From contig JAFCEL010000001.1 in NCBI GenBank assembly GCA_017609205.1, positions 439,224 to 503,223 on the forward strand: 64,000 nt of DNA, in the 5' to 3' direction. This DNA is from Candidatus Pacearchaeota archaeon. GTDB taxonomy: Archaea; Nanobdellota; Nanobdellia; Pacearchaeales; GW2011-AR1. Position 1 is the first letter of the stretch, and each line of letters begins with the position of its first letter. The notes beneath the pieces are model-generated. The model ran no database searches, was not told the DNA's origin, and worked only from the letters and a program-made list of their open reading frames with translations. Shown in pieces: positions 28,693 through 38,971 of this stretch. The translations under genes and the position numbers were made by a program.

Positions 28693-31157
28693 TTAAGCCA
28701 CTTTCCTAAATTTTCTTGTTTTTTTCCTTCTATGATTTCCCTTATATCGATTCTAAAAATCTGGAAGATGTTTTCAACTGCAGGAAGGATTTGTCTTTTT
28801 AGATAATAATCTATATCATATTCTCCTTTTTCATTTGGAAGTTTAACTTTTTCGCGCACAAGTTTTTTCTTTTCTTTTGTTTCAGCTATGTAATATTCAA
28901 TGAGGTTTCCTTGGCCAATTGGGATTTTTTTCTCCTGCATTTTTTTTGCTGCAATTACATGGGGAGAAATTGCAATATACTCAGAGATAGGCTTTTTCAA
29001 TTGCGTTCGGATAATGAGTTCTTTTTTTTCAATTTTTCTTTCTTTTAGTTTTTTGATAATCTTCTTTAAATATTCCAATGCTCTCTTTTCTTCGCCATGT
29101 TCTAAGATTTGTTTAATTATTTTGTTCTGCAAGTCCCTTGAAAGTTTGCACCAATCACGGCGGACTGTTTCAAAACCACGGATTTTTAATTTCCCTTTGT
29201 CGTCGATAAGAGCATACTTTTTTTTAGCTCCACTAATTCCTGCACGTGTCGTCACCCAAAGTCCGCGCTTGTAGAAATCTTCAAGTTCAAGATGCATAAT
29301 TCCTGGAAGTTCAGAGTTAAGTTTATTGAGCAGTTTTTTAATCTCTTGTTTTGATTTCCCTCCCCTTAAGAAAGCAATTGAATCTGTATCGCCATAGATA
29401 ACTTCATAACCTTTTGATTTAATTTTTTCTATTGTTTCTTTATTGAATTTTCTAACTAAGGCAAGAATAGAGGCAGAAGATTCTATAGAGTAATATCTTG
29501 CTCCAAAAAAACCAATATATCCATGCACTGATGCTGATAAAATCTTGAAGGCATTGCTCCTTGCTTTTGTAATAGGATTAGGATTTTTTTTGAATTCTGC
29601 TTTGAATTTTTTTCTCATTTCAAAGATTTCGTTTAATAATTCAGGAAGAAATCCTCTTTCTTTTGAGAAATAGAATTTATGCTTTTTTCCATTTAATGTT
29701 ATTTCAGGAGATTCAAAACAGTTCTTTTCTTTTTTTTCAAGTAAGGTTCCTTTTGAAATATTATGTGTAATTATTATGCTCGTATGCATGGATGTGAAGT
29801 CAAACATTACTATGTCCTCGTAAAGTCCGGGTGTCGGTTCAAAAACAAACGCTCCTTTTACACTCTCACTTTTTTTTCTTTCAGAAATTTCGTTATATGT
29901 TGGTCTTTTTTCAGGGATTTCATTAAATCTTTCTAAATTATGTAAAATGTATGATTCGACTTGCTTTGATAATCCATAACGGGAAATATCAAATACTGGT
30001 TCCTGAATGATTTTTGTAAATTCTTGCAAATCAGGCCAGAATTTTTTAAACAATTTTTCGACAAGTACTGAATCTTGTAGATTGTATTCATAATAATCAC
30101 TCCAGTTTTCTCCAATTTCTGAAGAGTGTTTTATCTTAAATTCTTTTTTTGAATCGTCTAAAAATTCTTTTGCAACTTCATCGAGGGATAATGTTTCTGA
30201 TTGCATATATTGTGAATATATTGTTCTGATAAATCTTAATAAATCGATATGAACTATGCCTTTGATTTTTCCTGTTAGCATATTTCCGCGGGAGAATTTT
30301 GGAGGACTCCCGTCGATGCCAAGTTTAAGTTTAACTTTATGTTTTTCTGCTCTCGCTTTGAGATAAGGCAAATCAAATCCGTCAGAGAAATAACCCACGA
30401 GGAAATCCGGAGAAATTTTTTTTACATATTCACAGAATTTTTCCAATAATTCAGCTTCGTCTTTAACGTATTCAACATAATGTGGTTTTTTTGAACTCTT
30501 CTTCCAAGTAATTACTTTTTGAAATCTCTCTCCTACGAGGGAAATCATTAAAATTTCTCCTTCACCAATCTTTAAGGAATCGGTTTCGATATCATATGCC
30601 AGAACTTTTGGTTTGAAGGACCTTCTGATTTTTTTGGCATCTTTTAGTTTTATGCATATATCGACTTCAAGAGAAGAGTCAATTCCTCCGAATTCTAGGG
30701 AGTTGTTTAGCATATCTCCTTCAATTTCGTACCACTGGAGTGGAAGAATTTTTCTCTCAATTATATAATGGGTTATATAACCGATGTCATATCCTCTTCT
30801 TTTTTCAATCTCTTTAAAGCCCAGTCTATCAGCTATATCGTGTAAATCTTTATAGTTAGTTGCAAAAATTTTTAATGCTTTTACTTCTTTTCCTAAGAAT
30901 TTTTTAGTATGTAATTCAACTTTCTCAACTTTTGTTTTGCGTCCTTTTGAGTTTAACTCTATTTTGTTTATTTTTTCTATAATCTTGTTTATCTTTTGTT
31001 TTGATAACTCTTTTTTTAGAATCGCCCAAAGATAGACTTCACACGAATCAATAACGCAAACGCTTTTCCCTTTGTCGTCGCGACCAATTATTTTCGCATA
31101 ATTTCTCCCTTGAAAATCAAAATAATCATAATCCACTGGGATGAATTTAGTTTTCAT
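28689..31157 (-). CDS. polB: DNA polymerase family B
   Basis: Exo I YDIETD and Pol C YGDTDS motifs, 822 aa, no intein. Confidence 0.9.
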   Translation of the reverse strand: MKTKFIPVDYDYFDFQGRNYAKIIGRDDKGKSVCVIDSCEVYLWAILKKELSKQKINKIIEKINKIELNSKGRKTKVEKVELHTKKFLGKEVKALKIFATNYKDLHDIADRLGFKEIEKRRGYDIGYITHYIIERKILPLQWYEIEGDMLNNSLEFGGIDSSLEVDICIKLKDAKKIRRSFKPKVLAYDIETDSLKIGEGEILMISLVGERFQKVITWKKSSKKPHYVEYVKDEAELLEKFCEYVKKISPDFLVGYFSDGFDLPYLKARAEKHKVKLKLGIDGSPPKFSRGNMLTGKIKGIVHIDLLRFIRTIYSQYMQSETLSLDEVAKEFLDDSKKEFKIKHSSEIGENWSDYYEYNLQDSVLVEKLFKKFWPDLQEFTKIIQEPVFDISRYGLSKQVESYILHNLERFNEIPEKRPTYNEISERKKSESVKGAFVFEPTPGLYEDIVMFDFTSMHTSIIITHNISKGTLLEKKEKNCFESPEITLNGKKHKFYFSKERGFLPELLNEIFEMRKKFKAEFKKNPNPITKARSNAFKILSASVHGYIGFFGARYYSIESSASILALVRKFNKETIEKIKSKGYEVIYGDTDSIAFLRGGKSKQEIKKLLNKLNSELPGIMHLELEDFYKRGLWVTTRAGISGAKKKYALIDDKGKLKIRGFETVRRDWCKLSRDLQNKIIKQILEHGEEKRALEYLKKIIKKLKERKIEKKELIIRTQLKKPISEYIAISPHVIAAKKMQEKKIPIGQGNLIEYYIAETKEKKKLVREKVKLPNEKGEYDIDYYLKRQILPAVENIFQIFRIDIREIIEGKKQENLGKWLK

Positions 31158-31210
31158 AAAGAAGATAGTTATTTCAGTTATTTAAAATTTAGTAATTTGA
31201 AATAGTAAAC

Positions 31211-31220
31211 TTTATATATT
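31211..31220 (+). promoter_or_regulatory. putative TATA box (tttatatatt) ~25 nt upstream of ATG 31240
   Basis: TTTATATA-like element. The gene is divergent from polB. Confidence 0.35.
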
Positions 31221-31239
31221 ACTCTGAAGGGGTAAATAT

Positions 31240-31647
31240 ATGAGAGAAAAATATATTCCCTCTGGAGAAGGTTATTGGTATATTGCAGGAGATCCATCTA
31301 AAGGATTTTATGGGCTTCCTTCTGAGGTAGAAAAGGAAAGAGAGGGAAAATGGAAGGAAAGATTCTTTTTAGAGGAGGCAGAAAGAAAAGGAAGGGTTGT
31401 TAAAGCATTGAAGTTAATTCGAGAATCTGGTGCAAGAGATATTTGTTATAAAGTTTCTTTTTTAGAGAGATTGGGGTTTAGTAAGATTAATGTCAGAAAC
31501 AGCAGGATAAGTCTTAGAGAAGCTGTTAATTCTTATCCTCAGAATATTAATAGAATGTATGAAAGAGTTATTAGAGAATTAAGGGAAATTGTTAGAAATC
31601 CTAGTAGAAATTCCAAGTTAGCTGAGAGATTAGATTCTTTCCAATAA
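31240..31647 (+). CDS. hypothetical Arg/Glu-rich protein (135 aa)
   Basis: ORF only. Confidence 0.4.
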   Translation: MREKYIPSGEGYWYIAGDPSKGFYGLPSEVEKEREGKWKERFFLEEAERKGRVVKALKLIRESGARDICYKVSFLERLGFSKINVRNSRISLREAVNSYPQNINRMYERVIRELREIVRNPSRNSKLAERLDSFQ

Positions 31648-31674
31648 TTATTTATACTTCTTTGTCCTCGGTAT

Positions 31675-32718
31675 TTGATGGGTTTGAATATTAGCGAGAT
31701 AATTCCTAGAAAGGAAATAGCAATATCTGATTTGAAAGGAAAAGTAATTTGTGTAGATGCTTTTAACACTTTTTATCAGTTTCTTTCTACAATTCGTCAA
31801 CCAGATGGGACACCTCTTAAAGATAGTCGAAATAGGGTTACGAGCCATCTTTCTGGTATTTTTTATCGAAATATTAATTTATTAAGCGAAGGTTTGAAAT
31901 TAGTTTATGTTCTTGATGGAGAAGCTCCTGCACTTAAGGCAAAGACTCATAAGAAGAGACAAGATGTTAGAGAATCTGCAGAAGAAAAATACCTTGAGGC
32001 TAGGCAGCGTGAAGATATTACCCTGATGAAAAGATATAGCAGTCAATTATTAAGGCTTGATGATGAGATGATTAAAGAAAGCAAGGAGCTTTTGAGAGCA
32101 ATGGGGATTCCAGTTATTCAAGCTCCGAGTGAGGGAGAAGCAGAAGCAGCTTATCTTTGTAGAATAAAAGAAGATGTTTATGCAAGTGCAAGCCAAGATT
32201 ACGATAGTTTATTGTTTGGTGCTCAGAGGTTGGTTAGGAATCTTACTTTGTCCCGACGGAGAAAGACTTATTCGGGATTTGTTGAAACAAAGCCTGAATT
32301 GATTGAACTTGAGAAGGTTTTGAATTATCTTGAAATAAATCTTGACCAGCTTATTTGCCTTGGAATTCTTGTGGGAACTGATTATAATCCAAGGGGAATT
32401 CCTGGGATAGGTCCGAAAAAGGCACTCGATCTGGTAAAGAAATACAAACAACCTGTTTTTATTTTTAAAAATGTTGAGGAACAACTTATGAATCTTCCAG
32501 AGGAAGATCAGTTTGATTGGAAGGAAATTTTTGAAATTTTTCATAGTCCAGATGTTTCTGATGAAGAATTTGAGTTTGGAAAGATAGATGAGGATAAGAT
32601 AAGGAAAATTCTGGTTGAGGAGCATGATTTTTCAAAGGAGCGGGTTGAAAAGCAGATAAAACGCCTTATAGGGGTAAAAGAGTTATCAAAACAAAAGGAT
32701 CTTAAGAAATGGTTTTGA
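31675..32718 (+). CDS. fen: flap endonuclease FEN-1
   Basis: N-terminus MGLNISEIIP...VDAFNTFYQFL, the LVYVLDGEAPALK region and a C-terminal PCNA-interaction region. Confidence 0.9.
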   Translation: MMGLNISEIIPRKEIAISDLKGKVICVDAFNTFYQFLSTIRQPDGTPLKDSRNRVTSHLSGIFYRNINLLSEGLKLVYVLDGEAPALKAKTHKKRQDVRESAEEKYLEARQREDITLMKRYSSQLLRLDDEMIKESKELLRAMGIPVIQAPSEGEAEAAYLCRIKEDVYASASQDYDSLLFGAQRLVRNLTLSRRRKTYSGFVETKPELIELEKVLNYLEINLDQLICLGILVGTDYNPRGIPGIGPKKALDLVKKYKQPVFIFKNVEEQLMNLPEEDQFDWKEIFEIFHSPDVSDEEFEFGKIDEDKIRKILVEEHDFSKERVEKQIKRLIGVKELSKQKDLKKWF

Positions 32719-32740
32719 TTGAAAAGATTTTAAATGTTTC

Positions 32741-33535
32741 TTGTTTTTAATTGTTATGAAGCCCCCGAAATCTTTTGATTTTCTAGGAAATATTGCTATT
32801 ATTAAATTTCCAAGGGATTTCAAACAATCTGAGAAAAAGAAATATGCTCGGGAATTGATGGGTCGGAATAAATCGATGAAAACAGTTCTTGAAAAAGAAG
32901 GGAAGATTAAAGGACGTTTGAGAAAACCTACAACGAAATGGCTTGCAGGAGAAAAAACAAAAGAGGTTTTATACAGAGAAAATAATTGTGTTTTTAGGTT
33001 TAATGTTGATACAACTTATTTCTCTCCTAGGTTAAGTAATGAAAGAAAAGAAATCGCTTCTAAAATAAAAAAAGGCGAAAAGGTCTTGGTTATGTTTGCA
33101 GGTGTTGCCCCTTTTCCTATTGTTATTGCTAAGAATTCTAAGGCAGGGAAAATTTATGCGAATGAAATTAATCGAGGAGCAAATAAATATGCTAAATTAA
33201 ATATTGAGTTAAATAAACTTGGTGATAAGATTATATTGATTCCAGGGGATATAAAAAAAGTTGTTGATAGGTTGGATGAGAAATTTGATGTTATTGTTAT
33301 GCCCCGTCCTCAATTAAAAGATCCTTTCTTAGAACAGGCATTCAAACTTTCAAAAAAAGGAACAAGAGTTTTTTATTATGATTTCTCTGGGGTTGATGAG
33401 ATTGGAAATGTTGTTGAGAAGATTAAAAGGGAAGCCTTATGTGCGGGAAAGAGAATTAAAATTTTAAAGATAAAAAAGGCTGGTGAGATTGCTCCTTATA
33501 AAATTAGGGTAAGAGTTGATTTTAAGGTTTTATGA
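32741..33535 (+). CDS. Trm5/Taw2 (Met-10+) family tRNA methyltransferase
   Basis: [13 protein letters not shown]-terminus and SAM motif [11 protein letters not shown]. Confidence 0.65.
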   Translation: MFLIVMKPPKSFDFLGNIAIIKFPRDFKQSEKKKYARELMGRNKSMKTVLEKEGKIKGRLRKPTTKWLAGEKTKEVLYRENNCVFRFNVDTTYFSPRLSNERKEIASKIKKGEKVLVMFAGVAPFPIVIAKNSKAGKIYANEINRGANKYAKLNIELNKLGDKIILIPGDIKKVVDRLDEKFDVIVMPRPQLKDPFLEQAFKLSKKGTRVFYYDFSGVDEIGNVVEKIKREALCAGKRIKILKIKKAGEIAPYKIRVRVDFKVL

Positions 33536-33727
33536 TAATAGGTGATCCCTGCTTTCTTGAGAATTTAATATTTTTCCTTTTGTTCTGCAAATTGGCAGTT
33601 CTTCTAATTCCCATCTTATTATATATTTATTTTCATAAGGACAATCTTTTCTACAGATTAATAGTCCCTCTCTATCTATTCTTACTTTCCCACTAATGTA
33701 TTCTTTGCAATAAATCTCTTTACCCAT
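33530..33727 (-). CDS. small 4-Cys protein (65 aa), possible Zn-binding
   Basis: C-x17-C-x3-C-x17-C spacing. It lies immediately downstream of the HerA-like gene. Confidence 0.3.
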   Translation of the reverse strand: MGKEIYCKEYISGKVRIDREGLLICRKDCPYENKYIIRWELEELPICRTKGKILNSQESRDHLLS

Positions 33728-33737
33728 GAATTATTTC

Positions 33738-35042
33738 TTAAAATTCTTTTTTAAAGCTTACTGCACTTGGAGCCTCTCCACCATGCCATGTAAATCGCGG
33801 ACGAATTTGCACAGGATATATCCTTTCTGAATTGTCATCGAGGATTATTGCAGATCCTTTAGAATGCGGGAGTTCATCCATGTATTTTTTTATACTGTCG
33901 AGGAGATAGCTTTGCATAATATAGCTAAGAGCTTCTAAGTCTGGTTTTGATGTAACCCGGTGGGAAATTACTAAGTCAGATTGAGTCATGACATCTCTAT
34001 GAATTTGTCCTGGTTGTTGAGTTGCAAGAACAAGAGAAATTCCTGGTTGTCTTCCTTCTCTCAGCAATTGAATGAGTGCGTCTGTTGCAGGAGTTTTTTG
34101 GTTAAGGGGAAGGAATTCATGTGCTTCATCTATAAATAGCCAGACAAGAGGATTTTCTTTTTTTTCAGAAGAATAAGTGTAATCTAATCCTCTCGAGACA
34201 GATTGGATCTCTTCTTTTTTTCTTGCTTCCATTCGCTGATTAAAGATTCTTCTTGAGACAAGGCTTATAACAAGTGCGCGGACATTAAATGCTCCTATAG
34301 AATTATAGACACTTAAGTCAAGAACTGTTGTTGTTCCTGCATTTATTAAATCCTTTACTTCTGTTGGTTTTTGCTCTTGTCCCGCAAATATGCCCCATGT
34401 ATCTGCTGCTTCAAAGAGTCCTATTGCCGCATCTTTACTTTCTTGAGGTGCTCTTGAGTCTTCGTCGATTTTTCTGATAATCTCTTTTATTGTAAATTTC
34501 CCTTCTTCTTTTAACTTAGATATTATTCTTTCTATTAGAACTGAAACAGAGTCTATTCTGCCTAAACCAAATGTTATTATCCAGTCTTCAGGGTCTAATT
34601 CAGTTACGTCTAATGCGAACTTTTCCTCTACTGAAATACCTTTTTCTATATACTTCTCAAAATGCCCAAAAGGGACAAAAACTTTTATTGGGAGATTTTT
34701 TGATTCAAGATTCCAGTTTTGTAATAAATCTTTATCCTTTTCATTTGGGAATTTCATTGTCCAATAGATTCCCATTGTATCAAATATCAAAGAAGCGATA
34801 TTCTGGCTGACCTCTTTTGGAAGACTTGATATTCCTTCTGTGAGAACTCCAAGTGTATATGATTTTCCAGAACCTCTTTTTCCTGCAACGAGGATTACAT
34901 GACTTTTTGCAACATCGACAAATATCTTATTACTTAAGGAAGTATGCTGCCCCATTTTTACATAACTTTTTCCTATAAAAACAGCACCCTCTTTTATTTT
35001 TTCTCTTGGTTTGTCTCTTCCAATAATTATATCATAACTCAT
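33738..35042 (-). CDS. HerA/FtsK-superfamily (DUF87-like) ATPase
   Basis: Walker A VAGKRGSGKSYTLG and Walker B WLFIDEAHEFLP. Confidence 0.65.
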   Translation of the reverse strand: MSYDIIIGRDKPREKIKEGAVFIGKSYVKMGQHTSLSNKIFVDVAKSHVILVAGKRGSGKSYTLGVLTEGISSLPKEVSQNIASLIFDTMGIYWTMKFPNEKDKDLLQNWNLESKNLPIKVFVPFGHFEKYIEKGISVEEKFALDVTELDPEDWIITFGLGRIDSVSVLIERIISKLKEEGKFTIKEIIRKIDEDSRAPQESKDAAIGLFEAADTWGIFAGQEQKPTEVKDLINAGTTTVLDLSVYNSIGAFNVRALVISLVSRRIFNQRMEARKKEEIQSVSRGLDYTYSSEKKENPLVWLFIDEAHEFLPLNQKTPATDALIQLLREGRQPGISLVLATQQPGQIHRDVMTQSDLVISHRVTSKPDLEALSYIMQSYLLDSIKKYMDELPHSKGSAIILDDNSERIYPVQIRPRFTWHGGEAPSAVSFKKEF

Positions 35043-35117
35043 TAAAGAATATATTGAATAATATTTTTAATTGTTTGTATACAAAAGGTTTTTAAAATGA
35101 TTCTTCTATAATTCTTA

Positions 35118-36092
35118 ATGGCTGAGGAAAATGAAGAGAAGTCTTCTAACGAGAATACAGGGAGTCTTGATGATTCTGAAAGAGGATTTTTAGATATGGT
35201 TAGGGAGAACCCTTTTATTGCTGCAACTATTATTCTGGGTTTGGTTGTGTTTATTTTGATGTTTAATGTCTTTATTGGCACTGGAGGAGTGATTAGTGGA
35301 AATGTTGTTTCTGAGGGTAAGGTTACTGATAATCTTAATGATTTTATAATGGCTCAAACAGGGGGGCAAGCAGAGATTGTTCGAGTGGATGATTTTAATG
35401 ATCATCTTTATGAAGCTATTATAAAATTTCAGGGAAGAGAGATACCTCTTTATGTGACTAAGGATGGAGAGTATCTTGTTCAAGGTTTGACTGCTCTAAG
35501 TGTTCAAGAAGAAGATTCTTCATCACAGGATGTTCCTAAATCAGATAAGCCTGTTATTGAGTTATTTGTTATGACTCACTGCCCTTATGGAACCCAAGCT
35601 GAAAAAGGATTAATTCCAGTAATCAAAGCATTAGGAGACAAAATTGATGCTAAAATAAGATTTGTCCATTATTTTATGCACGAACCTGAAGAGAATGAAA
35701 CACCTAGACAAGTATGTATTAGGGAAGAGCAATCAGAAAAATATCTTGATTATTTAGAATGCTTTTTAGAGGACGGTGATTCAGCAAGGTGTATAATTAA
35801 GACAGGAATTGATCAGAACAAGTTAACAACTTGTATTAATACTAATGCAGATAGGTATTATGAAGAAGATTCTCAATTAAGCAAAGGTTATGGGGTAAGA
35901 GGAAGCCCGACACTTGTTATTAATGGGCAGATAACAAGTAGTGGAAGAGATTCTCAAAGTTTCCTTAACACAATTTGTTCTGCATTTAATGAATCTCCTG
36001 AAGAATGCGGATTAAAATTGTCAAGTTCCTCACCATCTCCAGGATTTGGTTATTCTACAACTGGTTCTTCAACTAGTGCTCAGTGTGGATAA
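35118..36092 (+). CDS. membrane-anchored thioredoxin-fold (DsbA-like) protein with single-Cys CPYG motif
   Basis: N-terminal TM segment and a VMTHCPYGTQ active-site-like motif. Confidence 0.45.
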   Translation: MAEENEEKSSNENTGSLDDSERGFLDMVRENPFIAATIILGLVVFILMFNVFIGTGGVISGNVVSEGKVTDNLNDFIMAQTGGQAEIVRVDDFNDHLYEAIIKFQGREIPLYVTKDGEYLVQGLTALSVQEEDSSSQDVPKSDKPVIELFVMTHCPYGTQAEKGLIPVIKALGDKIDAKIRFVHYFMHEPEENETPRQVCIREEQSEKYLDYLECFLEDGDSARCIIKTGIDQNKLTTCINTNADRYYEEDSQLSKGYGVRGSPTLVINGQITSSGRDSQSFLNTICSAFNESPEECGLKLSSSSPSPGFGYSTTGSSTSAQCG

Positions 36093-36105
36093 ACTTTATA
36101 GATAA

Positions 36106-37296
36106 TTATCTTTTTTCTAGATACTCAATTTCTTCTTCATTTAATTTGAGTTCTCTTTGAATTTTTGGATTTGATTTTATGATGGTCCTTATTATTGGAA
36201 ATTCTCTCATTGCACGCTTTTCACCAATATGGACATATCTTGCATATTTTTGGGCGATTGATTTTTGCTTTGCTTTTTTTTGGTTACTTAGCCATATCTT
36301 GAGGATTCTATCTGGTTTTTTGTATCTAATGAAATTTTTGTTTGGTTCTTTTTTTGATGCAGAAATTGCGTAGCTCAGAAAAATATTCTGGTAGACGAGG
36401 AATCTCCAGTATTGTTTTTTATAAATTCGTCCTTTGAATAAATCTGCTTTGCTTAATGCAGAATATGCTTTAAAGAGAGCCTCGCCATGATATTCTTTTG
36501 AAATATTTTCTTCAATCCATAACGAGACTTCATCGAGGGGCATGTCGACTGAATTGTATAAATTAAGTATTTCTTTTGTAGGAGATTCTTTGAAAATTTT
36601 TTTTAATGCATTGAAGATATCAATTTCTTTCTCTCTTTCTGTTAATTCTAGAACTGATGGATCGCGCATTCTTGCTACTGATTGTAAATCATTTATTGCT
36701 GCACGAATATCTCCTTTTGCACGGAATGCAATACTTTGTAAAAGGTTGTAATTCAGAAATAGGTTTTCTTTTCTTAATATTTCAGTCATTATTTCGACTA
36801 TTGTTTTTGGGGTTATTTTTCCAAGTCCAATCATTTCTGCTTTTTTTCTAAGAGGTGCAAGTTTTTTGCTCCATGCATCATTTGCGGTGATTATTATTGG
36901 GTAAGAAGCAATTTCAATAAGTCGCAAAAGCTCTTTGATTCCTCCAAAGTCATAATAACCGCTTATCCCATCTGCCTCGTCAATTAAAATTACTTTCTCT
37001 TCTTTTTTTAATGATTGTTGTTGCACTGCTGGTTTTAGAATCTCCTGCAGTTTTGCTTTATTTCTAAAATCAGAAGCATTTAGTTCAAACATTTCTGAGT
37101 TTGTTTCATTTGCAATAATATGTGCGAGAGTTGTTTTTCCTGTTCCAGCAGGGCCATAGAGCATAATTGCTTTTTTTCTTCTTTTATTCTTTTTATCTGC
37201 GAAATTACGAAGGAAAAGTAGGACTTTTCTAAGTGCTTCTTCCTGTCCTTTAAATTCTGAAAATCTTTTTGGCCTATATTTTTCTGTCCACGGCAT
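36106..37296 (-). CDS. rfcL: replication factor C large subunit
   Basis: WTEKYRPKRFSEFKGQ N-terminus and Walker A GPAGTGKTT. Confidence 0.85.
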   Translation of the reverse strand: MPWTEKYRPKRFSEFKGQEEALRKVLLFLRNFADKKNKRRKKAIMLYGPAGTGKTTLAHIIANETNSEMFELNASDFRNKAKLQEILKPAVQQQSLKKEEKVILIDEADGISGYYDFGGIKELLRLIEIASYPIIITANDAWSKKLAPLRKKAEMIGLGKITPKTIVEIMTEILRKENLFLNYNLLQSIAFRAKGDIRAAINDLQSVARMRDPSVLELTEREKEIDIFNALKKIFKESPTKEILNLYNSVDMPLDEVSLWIEENISKEYHGEALFKAYSALSKADLFKGRIYKKQYWRFLVYQNIFLSYAISASKKEPNKNFIRYKKPDRILKIWLSNQKKAKQKSIAQKYARYVHIGEKRAMREFPIIRTIIKSNPKIQRELKLNEEEIEYLEKR

Positions 37297-37362
37297 TTGA
37301 TTTATTCTCCTAATTTTATAGGTAATTTCTATGATTGTATGGTAAAATTCTAATTTTATTTT

Positions 37363-38331
37363 TTAATCTTTACCTAAACCAGCGAGGACAAAACTTGCTA
37401 ATAGGGCCTGAAGTTGTATAAAAGGGTCACTGCCTTCTACGATTCGAAATTCTGCCTCTCCTGTTTTTTCTGTGAGTTTGACTTTTATCTCTGGTTCAAT
37501 TGGAAGATTCCAAATTTCTTTTTGAATCGATTTTATAACCTCTTGTCCTGAGATACTTTGTCTGAGCATTGTTTCGAGCAATTTCTCTCTTGATTTCTGA
37601 AAGTCTCCTGAGAGAGCGTATTCAAGGACAATCTTTATGTCTTTTGGTTTTGCCCCTGAGATTATTGTTGATAAGAGATTAGGTGTTATATTCGGGGAGA
37701 CTGATGCGGTTGATTGAAGGATGTTAATTGCCCGACGGCAATCACCTTCACTACATTCATAAATTATCTCAAATGATTCAGGGTTTATTACAAGATTTTC
37801 TGTTTCGATTATTCTTTGTATAACTTTTGATATGTCTCTTTTTTCTAATAGTTTGAATCTGAATATAGCGCAACGGGATTGGATTGGGTCGATGATTTTT
37901 GAGGAATAATTGCATGATAGAATAAACCTGCATGTTGCAGAATAATTTTCCATGGTTCTTCGAAGTGCTTGTTGTGCCTCAGGTGTAAGAGCATCTGCTT
38001 CATCTAGAAAAATAATCTTAAATGGCACAGGACCGAGTGATTTTGTTCTTGCAAAATTTTTTACTTTTTCTCTTATTATGTTTATTCCTCTTTCGTCAGA
38101 AGCGTTTAGTTCAAGGTAATTTTCTTTCCAGTTTTGTTTAAATAATTCTTTGACTATTATTAATGCTAGAGTAGATTTTCCTGTTCCAGCAGGGCCTGCA
38201 AAGAGCAAATGAGGGATGTTTAATGTTTTCACAAGGGATTCAACTCTTTTTACAACTTCTTCTTGTCCGACTAATTCAGTAAATGTCGCAGGACGATATT
38301 TTTCTGTCCAGATTTCACTGACCATATTCAA
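37363..38331 (-). CDS. rfcS: replication factor C small subunit
   Basis: IWTEKYRP, GPAGTGKST, DEAD and SRC motifs. No intein. Confidence 0.9.
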   Translation of the reverse strand: MNMVSEIWTEKYRPATFTELVGQEEVVKRVESLVKTLNIPHLLFAGPAGTGKSTLALIIVKELFKQNWKENYLELNASDERGINIIREKVKNFARTKSLGPVPFKIIFLDEADALTPEAQQALRRTMENYSATCRFILSCNYSSKIIDPIQSRCAIFRFKLLEKRDISKVIQRIIETENLVINPESFEIIYECSEGDCRRAINILQSTASVSPNITPNLLSTIISGAKPKDIKIVLEYALSGDFQKSREKLLETMLRQSISGQEVIKSIQKEIWNLPIEPEIKVKLTEKTGEAEFRIVEGSDPFIQLQALLASFVLAGLGKD

Positions 38332-38372
38332 AATAAAAGCATTTTGTTTATAAGGATTGTTGTTATTAAGAA

Positions 38373-38723
38373 TTATTTAATCACTTCTTCTATTGCATCA
38401 ATAATTGTTCCTCTTTTCCCCTGAATTATCTTTTCTATCCTCTTTCTAGTTGTTTCTTGTTCTTGATATAGTTCTTTAAGTTTTCGATAAGCCCTTTTCC
38501 ATTTTCTGATTTTTTCCTCTAGTTCTCTCTTTTCATCTATAAGTTTTTCTTTTAATAGTTCATAATTCTCTTCAACTTCTGAGAAATCTGTTATCCCTGA
38601 GTCTAGAATCTGATCTCCTGTTAATACTAATCTTTCTATTTCACTTCTGATGATATTTCTTTTTGAATCATTTCTATAATATTCCCTAAATAATTCGTAA
38701 ATAGAATCTAAATAACTCCTCAT
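38373..38723 (-). CDS. hypothetical coiled-coil protein (116 aa)
   Basis: ORF only. Confidence 0.4.
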   Translation of the reverse strand: MRSYLDSIYELFREYYRNDSKRNIIRSEIERLVLTGDQILDSGITDFSEVEENYELLKEKLIDEKRELEEKIRKWKRAYRKLKELYQEQETTRKRIEKIIQGKRGTIIDAIEEVIK

Positions 38724-38823
38724 GTTTATTCTAATTAGAAATTCTTTTTATTAATTTTTATACTTAAGTATATATTAATCCTAACACTAATCAACTCTTT
38801 CTGTAACTCGCAAGAATTAAATT

Positions 38824-38901
38824 TTATTTGCTTCTTGCTCTTCTTTGTTTTCTCTTACGCTTTTCTTTCTTTAGTTTTTTTCGTTGCCATTTCCATCTCA
38901 T
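38824..38901 (-). CDS. rpl41e: ribosomal protein eL41 (25 aa). An in-frame upstream ATG at 38940 would give 38 aa.
   Basis: Hand translation MRWKWQRKKLKKEKRKRKQRRARSK aligns with eukaryotic eL41, including the terminal RARSK. It lies in a ~110-nt polypurine (coding-strand) tract. Confidence 0.55.
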   Translation of the reverse strand: MRWKWQRKKLKKEKRKRKQRRARSK

Positions 38902-38971
38902 CTGGCGCTTTTTTTTCCATCTACGACTTGAACGTTTCATACTTTGATGAAGAAAAATTTTGTTTAAAAAG

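Noticed and set aside
35042-35281. 79-aa minus-strand ORF upstream of the herA-like gene
   Set aside because: It overlaps the start of the DsbA-like gene on the other strand and has no coding features.
28689-38331. Inteins in PolB, RFC or Cdc48
   Set aside because: Protein lengths are normal and the motifs are uninterrupted.
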